The position numbers and the translations under genes are program-made. The notes beneath the pieces were generated by a model. That model did not search any database and was not told where the DNA came from. It saw nothing but the letters and a program-made list of their open reading frames with translations. A stretch of DNA of 64,000 bases from Podarcis melisellensis (lineage: Eukaryota): assembly GCA_964234715.1 (NCBI GenBank), contig OZ174276.1. One strand, 5' to 3'. Position 1 is the stretch's first letter. Every line of letters starts with the position of its first letter. Below, piece by piece: positions 10,031-23,448 of the stretch.

Positions 10031-13000
10031 ATGTGTCTCCTTATTTAGCTTGCTTTTGAGCAGCTGAAGTGCGCCCCAGTTGTTGTTGTTGTTGTTTAGT
10101 CGTGCCCGACTCTTCGTGACTCCATGGACCAGAGCACGCCAGGCACTCCTGTCTTCCACTGCCTCCCACAGCTTGGTCAAACTCATGCTGGTAGCTTCGA
10201 GAACACTGTCCAACCATCTTGTCCTCTGTTGTCCCCTTCTTCTTGTGCCCTCCATCTTTCCCAACATCAGGGTATTTTCCAGGGAGTCTTCTCTTCGCAT
10301 GAGGTGGCCAAAGTATTGGAGCCTCAGCTTCAGGATCTGTCCTTCCAGTGAGCACTCAGGGCTGATTTCCTTAAGAATGGAGAGGTTTGATCATCTTGCA
10401 GTCCATGGGACTCTCAAGAGGCTCCTCCAGCACCATAGTTCAAAACCATCAATTCTTCGGTGATCAGCACCCCAGTAGGGAAGAGAAACAGAAACTTAGT
10501 TGTGCGAGAGGAGGAACCCAAGAGCAGCCCTGTTGGATCAGATCTCTGGCCCTTTCCGGTCCAGCATCTCGTTCTCAGCAGTGCGCAAGCGGACACGGAG
10601 CCATAATAGGAGCACAACAGCGCTCTCCTCACCTGTGAATTCCGGCAGTTGATATTCAGAAGCATCTGCTGCCTGGGATGCTGACCTTCATGACCCTGAT
10701 TGCTTGTCCTCACCGTGTTATGTGGCAGGACATTTCATAGTTTAGCTATGCTCTGAAAAGAAGGATTTCCAGATTTTGTATGCCCTGAATCTCCTATGAT
10801 TCAGCTTCATGGGATGTGCCAGTTTCTAGTATTACCCAAATAGAGAGAGAGAATTCTTGGTGTTGTTTTTTTTAAAGTAAGCCATTTAAAAGAACATATT
10901 CTGTCAAATGCATTTTCTGCTATTTATTTAGTCAGTTGCTTTATATTGGCCAGGGCAATCCAAATATACATTAAAACCAAGAGGAAAAAGAAATGCTTTA
11001 AAAACATCCCACCCGACTTCTAAAAGAACACAGATAATTAAAGGTCAAAGGCCTTGTTACAGAAGAAAGTTTTTGCCTGGTGCCTAAAGCTACGGTATAT
11101 AATGATGGTGGAGAGAGCACTCCACAAACGATGCCTGTTCTCCTGTTGCGATTTTCCAGACCTCTTGTGAAGGAGGCACACAAAGAAGGGTCTTTGCGGG
11201 GTGTGGGTTGGTTCATATGGGGAGAGGCAGTCCTTAAAGTATTGTAGTCCTGAGTCATTTAAGGCTTTATAGGTCAAAAGCAGCACTTTGAATTGGGCCT
11301 GGAAACTAATTGGCAGCCAGTATAGTTATGCCAGGATTGGTGTTGTATGCTCTTGTCCTGTGTTTCCCAAACGTTTTCCAACCATGGCCACCTTCCCGAC
11401 CTTCTTTCCTTCCTGTGGCCCGCATGGGTGTAGCCAAGGGGGAGGCAGGGGAGCAGCTGCTCCCCAAATCAGTAAAAATCAATACACATCTGAGGTTCTG
11501 CCGCCTTCCTTTTTTCTAACAAAAAAAGCCCTAAATTAGGCATAGGCAACCTCGGCCCTCCAGATGTTTTTGGGACTACAATTCCCATCATACCTGACCA
11601 CTGGTCCTGTTAGCTAGGGATCATGGGAATTGTAGTCCCAAAACATCTGGAGGGCCGAGGTTGCCTACGCCTGCCCTAAATATTTTTCCTTATAGAAGAG
11701 TTGCTCCAACCTCTTGATCACTTATGCTTTTACTAAGTTCATTTCATTTTTGGAATTGTGCTTTAATTTCTGTCTCACTTTTCCTGGTTTCACATTATGG
11801 TGCATGTTATAGTTGATGCATAATGCTTGATGGTTGATTTTTGGTCATGTCTGAACAACAGCAAGAAATAGTTTAAATGCCTGTCATCTGTTGGTATTTT
11901 CTCTTTGTCACTGCAGGTATTTTATGCAAGGGGTATGCCGTGAAGGAAGTAGGTGCCTGTTTTCACATGATTTGTCTACAAGTAAACCATCTACTATCTG
12001 CAAATTCTACCAGAAAGGCCAATGCGCCTATGGAACTCGCTGCAGGTATGGGCTGCTAGTTTTAAAAATAAAATATACTGGTTTTTTGCAGGGGGGTGGA
12101 GTGTCATGCCAATGATATTTCCTAAGCTGTTGATCCTCTAGACTTGAAGAACAGCTTTTGGCTTGGCTTCTATTTGGTTTGTAATATCTAGATTTTTATT
12201 AAAATCAGAGGAAGAGCTTAATGTTCCAATACCCTGGTTGCAGCTGGACAGTTAGTTCTTAGAATCTGTGCTGCTGCTTGTTTTATAAAAAAAAACTTGC
12301 AAGATTAAAGCTTGCATTGTGTGGAGCCCAGCTGGTTAATCTAAAGTTACAATCCCATATACACTTTCTTGGGTGTATATACCATTGAACTCAGTGCATA
12401 GAACTGGGATGTTTATGCTGCAATCCTAAATATTAATTAGAAGTAAGTTTCTTTTGAAATTGTAAACATACATAGGATTAGGATCTTAGTTTTACTCTTA
12501 AGAGTATTTTCTGGGCTTAACTAGATGAGAGATGTAGACACTCCTAAGGGGATTTTAGTTATGTTATGGAAAGATTAAAAAATCAATTTAGACTGCAGTC
12601 CTTACCCCACTAAGGCCCATTGAATTCAATAAGACTTACTTCTGAGTAGAATTCTGCTGGAAGACTGCAACCATGCCCCTCACTTAATTGAAATCAGTGG
12701 GACTTATTCTTGCATAGGAAGGTACTGTGAATACGTTAAAAGTGCAGTAACTCGTACTCATTGTATGTTCAGTATAGATTTTGCTGAATTCGTCCAAGCA
12801 GTGAGTGACACTCATTCTCAGGAACCCATTTGCTTTTAAACAGCCTGCCTATTGAAACAAGTCCCTTTTGGCAAGGGTGGCTATCCCCCCAAACCTGAGA
12901 ATTACACAGTAGGGTAATTGTGCTAGCACAAATGCATTGAAATAAATGTTTTCCGCAGTTAATATTTGTGGTCTTTTTATTTGTTCTTAAGATATGATCA

Positions 13001-16000
13001 TGTTAGACCTTCTGCATCAGGTGCCATAGTGAGTACTAGGACACTTTGCGCTTCTGCACCACCATTCTACAGCCTTAACACTCAGCCGGAGCAAAATACA
13101 CCTATAACGAAAAGTAAAGTACATGAGCCTGGAAAACGTGAAAAGAAAACATTAGTGCTCAGAGACAGAGGTAAGAGTGGGTCCCCCCCCCCATTTTTCT
13201 AGTGCTGTTGACACTTCGTTGTTTTGCTTATTTGCTGCTTTTTATTTGGTCCTAAATGATTCCAAGCATTTGTCCTTACATAAACAGACTCACACACTGC
13301 AGCCGACACACTCACATGTCACAATGTACAGTTTGGAAAGCTCTGGCCTACAGCGACCAAGAAACAGGCCCCAACTTTGTCAGATAGGAGCAGACTTGAT
13401 TCTTAATGGCTGAGGTTTAAAAAGTTGATTTCGTGTGCACACACCCACACACCATAATGTTCCTGAGTGCACCCTTTTGCATTCTCCCATGTCAATGCAT
13501 GGCTGCCATTCACTCGTATGAAGAAAGATACAGCACTGCACTTGAGGAGACTGTTGCTGTGAAGGGAGGGCAAGAACTACTCAATCTTCACCTCTAGGAT
13601 CCTGAAAACTTACAAGCCCTCCTTTCATGCACACTGTGCCTGCTGCCATGACTGGCATTTTGTAAATTTGCAATTATTTTTCACCCATTCTTTAATCTTG
13701 GATGCATGTTTTTCTGAATTGGGTGTGAGTAATTAAAGTGCATGACTGGAGATGATAAAGCTTTCTACGATCTGAAGATGAAAGTAGGTTCCCTGTGTTT
13801 AGTGGAGGCAAGTTGAATTAAATTGCAATTTAGAAATGCCTGCCAGCTGCTTTATTACCTTATGATGGGATATTTCATGAGCAGCTAACCGTAGCTCTTC
13901 TGTTTCACATGATCACATGCTATTTTCTCCTCTCCCAAGATTTATGTGGCTCAAATGAGGAAAGGACGAGATGCAGCGCTCAGAGTGATTCAGCATGTTG
14001 CAGTGTTCCAACAGATGCTCTAGAAGCAAAGCCCCATTCATATTTGGAAGCTATCCGCAGTGGGCTTGAAGATGATGATGCTGAACCTGGAAGCTCATAC
14101 GCTGATGGCGAACAGTTATGTCCCTATGCAGCAGCTGGCATGTGCCAGTTTGGTGACAGATGTCTCTACCTCCATGGGCAAGTGTGTGAAATCTGTGGCT
14201 TGCAAGTACTTCATCCCTTTGACCCAGAACAGAGAAAGATGCATGAAAAGGTAAACATGACTAAAAAGAAAACTAATTTCAAGCTGATACTGTATTTCTT
14301 GAAACGTCTTGTAGATCTATGTTATCTTTGGTTTTTAGAGTCGTCCTACAGATCTAGCTAGAATCTATGGTTTCCTGCCATGAGAGTGAGCTGCAGTGAG
14401 CCTAGATTTCAAGTTCCTTCTTCTGCTCTTTCATGCCTTCATCAAGTAGACTGGAATCTTTGGCTTCTGGTTTTAAACTAACCACCGCTCCCTCTGTCAT
14501 CTGAACTTGGTGGACTGTGGTTTTGTTTATGCTGCAGCTGACTTTTTCCCCCAGATCCTGGCTTGGTCTCGCTAGGCATAGTTTGAACAAGCCACAGATC
14601 CCCAAGTTCAGACATTGTGGGGGACTGTGGTTAGTTGGAAAGCTTCCTCTTTAAATTTACTCCATGTAGATTAATAATGTGATTCACTATTGTAGTAGGA
14701 AACCATGATAATGCTATTGTGTCAGTGTAGTCTTTACATTTTTGCTAGTATATTTTCCTCTAGTTTATTGGTAAGCTTCATTTTAAGGTATCTACAAGTA
14801 TGTTTTTGTCACCTTCCATGAGTAATCAAGTGGCTTAAAAAATACTAATAACTTGAGTGAATTACTGGATAAAGTAGTATGTAAAATTGCATTGGAAAAT
14901 AATACTTAAAATACAATGTAATCAGTGTGTGAAGCCATGAAATATAATTTTCACAGCTATATTAAAACATGTCTATTGTAGCATTATCAGAATCTAAAAC
15001 CAAAGTAGGTGTTGAATGCACCAGTCTCATGAAACTAGCCTTAGAATTCAACCTGCTGCTAAATTCTTAAGTGTAGCTGATTAGAAGTAATGAAATTCCC
15101 TTGAGCTTCTTATAGGTGTGCTAATGTTGTACTGTTATTTTTAGTTTTGATTGATGCTTTTAAATGAATTGCCTTGTATTTCATTTGAATAATATAGTTG
15201 GTTTCAGTAACTCACATATTGAATGCAGAATGTATCTATAAATGTTCTTGCATACTGTATTCTATACATTGCATATCTGGGATGGTTTCCTGTACTGCTT
15301 CCATTCTTCTTAAAAATGATTGATAGTACAAAACCATAGCCTTCACACTCTGCCCTTACTTACCAGGTTGTATACAACATAATGCTAAGTGGATATTCCA
15401 TTAGCCCAATAATTTCTGCTTTCTCAGTGGAATGTTCTCCCCTCTCCCCCTCCCCACGTTCCCCTTAAACATTTCCAGGAGTTCCCCCAACCCTCTGGAA
15501 CAGATTTGGGGAGAATGTGGTGCATGCATGGAGGGAAGAAATGGCCTGTAGCACAAGCAGTAATCCTTGCACTGATGGGATGCAGTAGTTGAATACTACG
15601 ATAGTTCCATTCTTCTTTTCCTGACCCTTCCTGTCTGATGGCTCTCCTGCAATATGCTGTGCTAAGGCAATGGACAATCTTGATGTTAGCCCAGTGCTCA
15701 AATCGGGCGGAATCCTATGTCACTTCTTTCCAGGCAGAGATCCCTGGGCCTGGCCCAACATACCCCACTTCCTCTTTTATCCCATGTTAAAACCAAACCT
15801 ACTTCCTCTCCCACCCCTCACTCTCTTCAGACAGATTACTCATCAGTATTAAATTAAATGCTGTTAACTTCTCATATATCAGGACTGTTCAACTTGTGAC
15901 CCATCATGCCAAATTCAGCTCACCAGCTGTATACTGTGATGTGATCACCAGGTGCTTGACAGCTCCCCCACCCACCCCCCCCCCCGGTCTGTGAAAATAG

Positions 16001-17447
16001 GGTATTTACATAGTTGCTGGTAGGCTTCATTAAGCTTAATGGGTCTGAAATTGTGTGGGCCTCCTCTGTAAAATTCTACTGTCACATAATTGTATCCAGT
16101 TGCCATTTTAAATCCAAGGTCAGCTGCATGCTTAATTATAGCTTAATGCCAGTCCCTTGGCTGTCCAAGGTCTTTATGCTGGTGGGTTTGGTTTGGTTTC
16201 ATATTTATATTCTCTTTTTTGTAAAAACAACAACAACAAAGCAGCTACTGTGTTTTTGGTGAGGTGGCTCTTAATTATTGTTTCTTTTATTACCAAGGAA
16301 AACTTCTTGTATCAATCTAGCAAGGAAACTTTTGTCCCTCTCCTCTCCCTCCACAAATCTGCATTGGATGGTTAGTGGAACCCCTAGAAAAAGCTTGATT
16401 TAATGGCACTTAGGCTGCAATCCTACGTTCCTGGCAGGTGGCAGTGGGACTTGATGGAGCAGCAATGCCAGCACAGACTGGTGCTTGAGGCAGGAGGGGG
16501 AAGCAGAGAAAATATCCCTCTGTTGTGCCAGCTCCCAGGCTGCTGTGAACAGGCCCAGATCTGACTCATTTGCCATCACAATGACAACAGCAAGGTCTGC
16601 ACAGAATCTAGTAGATCCAGGGCCAGCCCAGTCCTGCTCCCTCCCACTGGCTGTAGCCATCTGGGATGCTGTTGGCAGTAACTTGCACCTGCTGTGTAAG
16701 TGGGCATATTCAAGTGCTTCTCATTGGTGGAGCTCCTCCACCATCTGAGGCTGACAGAGCCAGGCAGGACTGGATGGAGGGAACCTCTACTCCCAGCACA
16801 ACCCCCAGCAAGGCATATGAGGGGTTTGAATTGCTCTGCCAGTTCTAAATTGACAGGTTTAGGACTGTACTGTCAGAACATTGTAGTGGCTCCATGACAG
16901 AAACATATAGTAGCATCCCTTCCCTCTGCTTCCTTTAAAAATATATAATATATTTTGGGCTTTTCTTACATATATAGATGTGCATGGCTACGTTTGAACA
17001 CGAGATGGAGAAGGCCTTTGCCTTTCAGGCAAGTCAGGACAAGGTGTGCAGTATCTGCATGGAAGTGGTATATGACAAACCATCAGCATCCGAAAGAAGA
17101 TTTGGAATCCTTTCCAACTGCAATCACACATACTGCTTGTCCTGTATCCGGCAGTGGAGGGGTGTCAAGCAGTTTGAGAATCCAATCATAAAGTAAGTTC
17201 CTAACAACCTTCATTTTCAGAATACAGTGCAGAATACTTTTCTTATTTCTTTCCTTTGTACCTTCAAATGAGGTGTAGTGTAGCTGAGGATTGACTAAGG
17301 AAAGTTTTGCTTACGGTTTTTTGTTATTGCAGCGTTACAGGAATTTTTTCGATTGATGGGGAAAACCCCATTTGTAACAACAACTAATAGATATTATGGA
17401 ATATGTAAGTGGGGTTATTGATGAGAACAGACTATCTTGTTTGTTGG

Positions 17448-17492
<45 letters not shown>

Positions 17493-20400
17493 TACAGAAA
17501 ATGCTGAAACCTAGCATTTTAAAAATTTGGTTCCTTGCATAAGACTGATTTTTTTTGTTATTGCCATCCCAACATTCAGCATACTGTAGCCACTGAGCAT
17601 GTCATTGAATGCAGATAAAAATTAAATGGTGGGAAAGAATCTTGCCTGGATCAGCTCTGGAAGTGGGGGTAAAAGAGTAGGGAGTATGAGGCCATCTCTT
17701 TTTAATACTGTGCTTTGAATTGCTGTGACGTGCATCAGCTTTGAGAAACAGAAATTTGCATCCCAATTACCACACTGATCTGAGCAGAGAAGCTGAAATC
17801 TCTGCTCATATCAGCTCTTATGATGGAGCCCATCATCACACTGATAAGGGGAGAGGTTGAAACATCTTTTCACCCCAGTGTGAGATTCGAGCTCAACACC
17901 GCCCCCTCCTGCCCTGCTCGCTTTTCTTTTTTTAAGCTCCCCCACCCTCAGAAAAAACTTAGTTTTTAAGTTAGTTTTTTAAAGGGTGGGGGAGCTTTGG
18001 GAGCTGCCAGTAATCACTTTGGGCCCCAGATCTGGCTTCCAGGCTGCAGGCTACTGAGTTGTACTTCAGAAATGCTTGGTGTTGCTCTTGAATTGGATGA
18101 AACTGCTTCTCAGCAAACTACACATACACTTTTTAAATTTCATCCAAGGTCCTGTCCAGAATGTCGTGTGATATCAGAGTTTGTAATTCCCAGTGTGTAT
18201 TGGGTGGAAGATCAGACTAAAAAGAACGAGCTGATTGAAGCATTTAAGCAGGGAGTGGGGTAAGTATTATGATGATTATAATGTGAGACCAGAGTTGCTT
18301 GATGAGAAGGAGTTCAATTACATAATAATAATAATTAATATATTGTGTTATTGTCTCAGTCTAGAGCAGTATGCAGTATACAGAATATTCTGTAGTTAAA
18401 AAGGTTTTTGTGAATATGTCTATCAGACTATTAAACATAAAAGTGGCAATCAGTGGGATGAAATACCTCCCCCCCCCATTAAAATAACTCCAGGATGTGT
18501 TGGTTAAGAGTTTGGTAACATGTTTATACTGCTCCAAATAGTACTATTCCCCCCCCCCCCCTTTAGCACGCTAGTAGTTTGATTCAGATGAAAGGCCAAG
18601 TCCTGCATTGTATGAAGACGACCCAGGCTCACACACTCCATCCTCCCATTATGGCCTTCTGTTCTTCATCTGTCCTTCAGTTCTGGTTTGTAGGCAAACT
18701 GGTTTCTGCAAACCATAATTTGCAATTCTGTCTTCTAGGCAAAGTTGATTTGCCAACAGAGCAGATGTATATGGGGGTATGGAAATAGAGGCCGTGTGAG
18801 CCCACTACGTTCCCAATTCATTTGGTTTGGGGTTATCGAGCAACATTTATGCCCAAATTGATCCATGGCCTTTGCATAAGATTTTTTTTTTATTTAGTTC
18901 TGTTTATATATCATCCTTATATATATCATCCTTTTATATATCATCAAAAGATCTTGGCGCGGTTCACAAGATAAAAATGCAAGAAGCTGTGTGTCCCATA
19001 ATGCATGTTTTGCAAGTTACAAGTGATCACTGGTGATCCATCTTACCCCTATTTAGTTTTTTGTTTTACTAGCATTCTTCCACTTGGCCAGGCTCACACA
19101 TTTTTATCCCTCGAAATGAAAGTGAGTTTTGGCATCTGGAAAAGGCCGTCTTTTCTCTTTTTTAAAATGTGTGTCATATTGAATTCAAGTGCGGACTCTT
19201 GATGATTAGTTCCATCGAGCCGCACTTCAGGCCTCAGATAGCTTGGCCAGGTTTACTGCCAGGGACTTTGCTACTGTGTCTTTTTGGAGAATGCAGTCCT
19301 CGGGTTGCATTAATCTTCAATCTCATATATAGAAGTTTATGGCCTCATTTCTGGGGTTAATGAAGTAGAATATCTGGAAACACTTGTTTACTATTTGCAT
19401 TTAGGCTGTAACTTGGTAATAAGGTCAGACCACAAATCATTTCAGTATCCATTTTCTCTAAAATTGCTAAAGGTCCTGATTTTTTTACCCATGGTGGGGT
19501 GGGGAATACATCAGGAAATTTAAGAAGTCTTTTTCTAATCATTACTTTGCCAGGACAACATTTTTAAGTGCAGCGTTTAACTGAAACAGCAAATCTAGAA
19601 TGAAAGTATGTTTTCAAACTTCTCACACTATTTTGATCAAACTGTCCCCTTAAAATTTGTCAAAACAAAACAAAAACCCACATGTGGTGAATAGTTCATT
19701 TTATGTGAGCCAACAGTGAATTGTGTACATATCTTACTAATCTATCTAGCATTTGGTTAAATGCTTGTTGTAATTAAGCAAATGCCAGCTGTGTCATTCT
19801 GTGACCTTCACTGTTGGTCTCCGAGATGTGTGTGCCTCAAAAGGCAAAACTTTTGTTGTTTACATTGTGTTACTCTTTATTTATGCAGTGTTTATGCTTA
19901 TCAGTCACATCAGGGGCTGTGCTATTAATACATCTAGAGCTGAAATCTGCAGCTGCTGATCAGAACAAGCAGCTTGAGCCTATGATTCGGTGTTTTGTGT
20001 CTAAAGGCTATAAATTATATACTTCTGTTGAAAATCTAAGCGTGACAGCTCCAAAAATGGACCTGTATGCAGGAAGGGAAAGCACCTGGCAGTAAACCTC
20101 CTGACTTTGCAGCTCTTTTATGGAAGAAATCCACCCAAAAAAATCATTTTGGATTTGTCTTGATAGAGGAATGGTAAAAATACATAATAGCAAAGTTACT
20201 AGCATTTTTGACATGGTCTCAGGCTGAAATCTTTTCTGCCTTTGACCATCTTTTATAGAATCAGAATCATGGAATTGTAGAGTTGGAAGGGAACCCCCTG
20301 GATTGCACAGATCTCAACTAAAGCACCCAAATAGAACTTTCAAATTGCAGTAAGATCTGCCCTATTAACTATAATTTGAAGCAAGTTGCAAGCTGCCTTT

Positions 20401-23262
20401 CTCAGTTAGGACAATGTGCTTCCTTAATGCAGATTATTGGGAAGTACAGTTAATATGCTTTTGTGGTATCACAGGCTTGGATGGTTGACCCATCTAAGTG
20501 ACTCAGAATGTAAAATGATGTCTGAACAGAATTTTTTGTTCTAAATAAAACTGATTCTGTGAGTGGGTTTTTCTCTCAAAGAATCTATCCCCTTCTTGCT
20601 TCGGATTTTAACAGTTGAACTTAATAGCTGGTTAAAGTTACTGTGTTATGCTCAAATTTTACTTACAATTTTTAATTAAAGATTTTATAATAAAACAAAT
20701 CTCCTATAATATAATAAGTTATGGCTGAAGCCACATGTCTTACATTCTTGCCTGCTTCCGTTTTGTTCTAGTAAGAAACTAAAGCGTGCCATTGGGTCAA
20801 AAGAAATCACAGTTCCTTAACATTGTCCTAAGCCTCTTTTACCACAACACTCTGTACACTTCCCAGTGAAGCTTAAGTCTCACATTGGTATAGGCATACT
20901 ACAGTCAGAACAGGACCAGAAATAAATGCACACATCCACTGCCATATCATACCCTGCTTCCTTTCTCTGAAGATACATGGGAGAAAGAGTGGCTGCAAAA
21001 GGGTTGGCGATCTGATCTGCACAGGGACTGTGATAGCCAGGGACTGTACATCACTGCTCTGCTCCAGTAGAGATTGATAGAGAAGCATTATATTCACCTA
21101 AAGCTTTGTTGAGCAGTTTCACCAATGCAAATCTAATCGGAGGGAGAGTTAGTGATGGGTGCTGGAGGAAATTAGTCAAGCTCTTTGTGTTTAATTGCTT
21201 TCCTCTTCCCTTACAGTAAAGCAAGCAATACTTGATCCCTGCAATAATGCCACTGGCAAGCTCCCCACCCCTTGCATTGAAGTTCCTTAGGTGCCTTTAC
21301 TTTGGGTTTTCACTCCTGTATTTACTTTTATTTTTTCTTGTTTTTAGCAACATTAGCCATCTTGAGATTTAGGGTATAAATGAATGCCCTTGTGTTTTCT
21401 CTCTCTCTCCTGTGTTCAGGAGGAAGGCCTGCAAGTATTTTGAGCAGGGTAAAGGGACCTGCCCATTTGGGGGGAAGTGTCTGTACCTGCATGCCTATCC
21501 AGATGGGAGACGGGCTGAACCAGAGAAACCACGAAAGCAGCTTAGCTCTGAGGGGACTGTCCGGGTAAGATTTCCAGCCATGTGTCTTCTCTCAACTAAA
21601 CAGCAGCGCTGGGCTTCAGTGATCCGACACATTCTTCCACTGAAGACTTTGACACTTTTATACATTCATAAAAGGCTCCAGAGTATCAGCTGTAGCATAG
21701 CTGGCCCCTTTGGGGAACAGGGTGCTCTTTTCCTAAGATCCCAAGTACTGAATCTCACTTTGACAATGGAGTTCTTTCACTTTCAGAATCTAAGTTTACT
21801 TGGCATTTAAAACACAAACGCTCAAGTGTACTTGTTCATTTTTGCCTAGCTAGCAAGTGTGGTTTTAAATAGCCCTGAAAATCGCACATTTATACGTTTG
21901 GATCATCTAAGTAGGCTTTTCAGTAAAGACTATTGTATTTCTAATAATAGTGCACTTGTTGCTTATAACCTTTACTGTAAGCTTAATGCTGTTTTGTCAG
22001 ATCAGTACAGATACCTACACAGCTAGTGCTGTAGCCCTTGCTGGCAGCGCAGGCACAGCGGCATGCTTTGAAGTCCTGGACTTCAGAGCTCATTTTTTGT
22101 GTCTACTTTTGCTATACGATTGGAGCCTCTGAAGAGGGAAAGTTTGCATTTTGTGTTTACATGCAGTAGTTACCTGGTTTGAGCATGGTACAGAATTCAT
22201 GCTCCAGGACGGCCTCACCCCTCTTGCCGTGCAGCACTGCAAGAGCCTTTTTGAACCTTATTTTTTCAGTCCACATGACAGAACATAGGCTCAAGCACAG
22301 TGTGCATGAAAAGTTAATTGTAATTGCCATTTTAACTAGGAGATCAGAATTTTAACACTAGCTGAAATCTGCACAGCTAAATGCTATATACTCTGTTCTG
22401 ACTACTGATCACAATATTCAGTAGGCATTTATGGCCTTGTATTTCTGAGGTGATTTGTTGACTGTTGGTCATGGATGAACTGAACTGCGTGACTCAGGTT
22501 GGCTTCAGTAGTTTGGAACTGGCACTTTACCGTATTTAACCTATGCCAGCCGTGCTATTACTATGACACATGCTGGAGCAGCAAAAATCCCCAAGATTAC
22601 AAGTTGCAGTGCTGATGTAAGAGGCCTTAAGGTCCAATGGGAATTTAGAGGAGTAGTAGCTACAACACACACTCCCATCAGCTGGACCCAAGAGCTGTTA
22701 AGGTCTTGGAAATACAAAGGCCAGGATCACAAGCTTGCATTTACAGAAAGGCCCTTCCTAGGGCAAGGACTGATAGCTCACTGGTCAAGCACATGCTTGC
22801 ATAGAGAAAGGTGCCAGTTTCAAGTGCTGTGCAAAATCTTTGCCTGAGACTAGTGGGTTAGATGGGCAAATAGGGGACTTAGCCTCCAAGAAAAGGAAAC
22901 TTTTCACACATCAGTGACCCATGTGCCTCTCTGCAGCTGGCATATTTTTGCTACCAAGGGAAGTAGGCCTTGTCATACTTGTGCTGCACTGTGGAGGAAG
23001 CTGTTTTAGCTGTAGCAGTACCCTGCTTTTCAGTTCAGGTGTATGCAGTATTTAAGCAGATATCTTCTTAGGTATGAGTCATTAGTGAGCACTGTATTTT
23101 GTTGTTTTTTTATTCTAGTTCCTCAATTCTGTTCGCCTCTGGGATTTTATTGAAGATCGAGAAAACAGAACACTGCCAGCTGCTGACAATGATGTAACAG
23201 AGATGGGAGAGCTTTTTATGCATCTTTCCGGAGCAGATGCTGAACCTGCTGCTCCTCCCTAA
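9582..23262 (+). CDS. MKRN2: Makorin-2 E3 ubiquitin ligase (C3H zinc fingers + C3HC4 RING), join(9582-9610,11917-12045,12992-13170,13940-14250,16978-17192,18149-18259,21420-21564,23119-23262), 1263 nt, 420 aa
   Basis: Eight GT-AG exons in continuous phase. [31 protein letters not shown]...CNHTYCLSC...[30 protein letters not shown]. Confidence 0.96.
10081..10466 (-). mobile_element. 5'-truncated BovB-like RTE LINE
   Basis: Minus-strand peptide [30 protein letters not shown]...[12 protein letters not shown] (RTE/BovB C-terminus), (CAA)n tail, 10-bp TSD gcgccccagt (10071-10080) / gcaccccagt (10467-10476). Confidence 0.9.
10920..11345 (-). mobile_element. L2 LINE 3' fragment (degenerate)
   Basis: Minus-strand peptide [23 protein letters not shown], typical of the L2 ORF2 C-terminus. 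Confidence 0.7.
11537..11673. mobile_element. Palindromic hAT-type MITE
   Basis: Near-perfect 137-bp hairpin; exact 8-bp TSD ccctaaat at 11529-11536 and 11674-11681. Confidence 0.88.
11917..12045 (+). CDS. MKRN2: MKRN2 exon 2 (C3H zinc fingers 1-2)
   Basis: ctgcag acceptor, GTATGG donor; [18 protein letters not shown]...[16 protein letters not shown]. Confidence 0.95.
12992..13170 (+). CDS. MKRN2: MKRN2 exon 3
   Basis: ttaag acceptor, GTAAGA donor; YDHVRP...[16 protein letters not shown]. Confidence 0.93.
13940..14250 (+). CDS. MKRN2: MKRN2 exon 4 (C3H finger 3 and Cys-His motif)
   Basis: cccaag acceptor, GTAAAC donor; [32 protein letters not shown]. Confidence 0.95.
16978..17192 (+). CDS. 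MKRN2: MKRN2 exon 5 (RING, N-terminal part)
   Basis: tatag acceptor, GTAAGT donor; [11 protein letters not shown]...[14 protein letters not shown]. Confidence 0.96.
17449..17489. repeat. (TG)n microsatellite
   Basis: Directly visible. Confidence 0.97.
18149..18259 (+). CDS. MKRN2: MKRN2 exon 6 (RING, C-terminal part)
   Basis: ccaag acceptor, GTAAGT donor; [21 protein letters not shown]. Confidence 0.95.
21420..21564 (+). CDS. MKRN2: MKRN2 exon 7 (C3H finger 4)
   Basis: ttcag acceptor, GTAAGA donor; [28 protein letters not shown]. Confidence 0.95.
23119..23262 (+). CDS. MKRN2: MKRN2 exon 8 coding part ([15 protein letters not shown]...AEPAAPP*)
   Basis: ttctag acceptor; TAA at 23260-23262. 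Confidence 0.93.
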   Translation, partial: FLNSVRLWDFIEDRENRTLPAADNDVTEMGELFMHLSGADAEPAAPP

Positions 23263-23424
23263 ACCACCACAAGATCTCTACCATGTACTCTTCTGTATCA
23301 GTCTTTCTGTTCCTTAAATAACTTTGTACTGTTTACCACTTTAGAATTATTGTGCCATGGAGACTGAAGTCCTGGTGAAATTCTAGTATGAGCCTGACAC
23401 TGTAGAGCAGAACAATTGAAGCTT

Positions 23425-23448
23425 AATAAAATGAATGCTTTAAATAAA
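23425..23448 (+). terminator. Candidate proximal poly(A) signals of MKRN2 (AATAAA x2)
   Basis: AATAAA at 23425-23430 and 23443-23448, about 165-185 nt after the stop. Confidence 0.5.

Noticed and set aside
9063-10713. Cluster of 75-163 aa ORFs on both strands
   Set aside because: Explained by stop-poor GC-rich CpG island sequence and by the sense and antisense frames of the BovB fragment; no independent gene signal.
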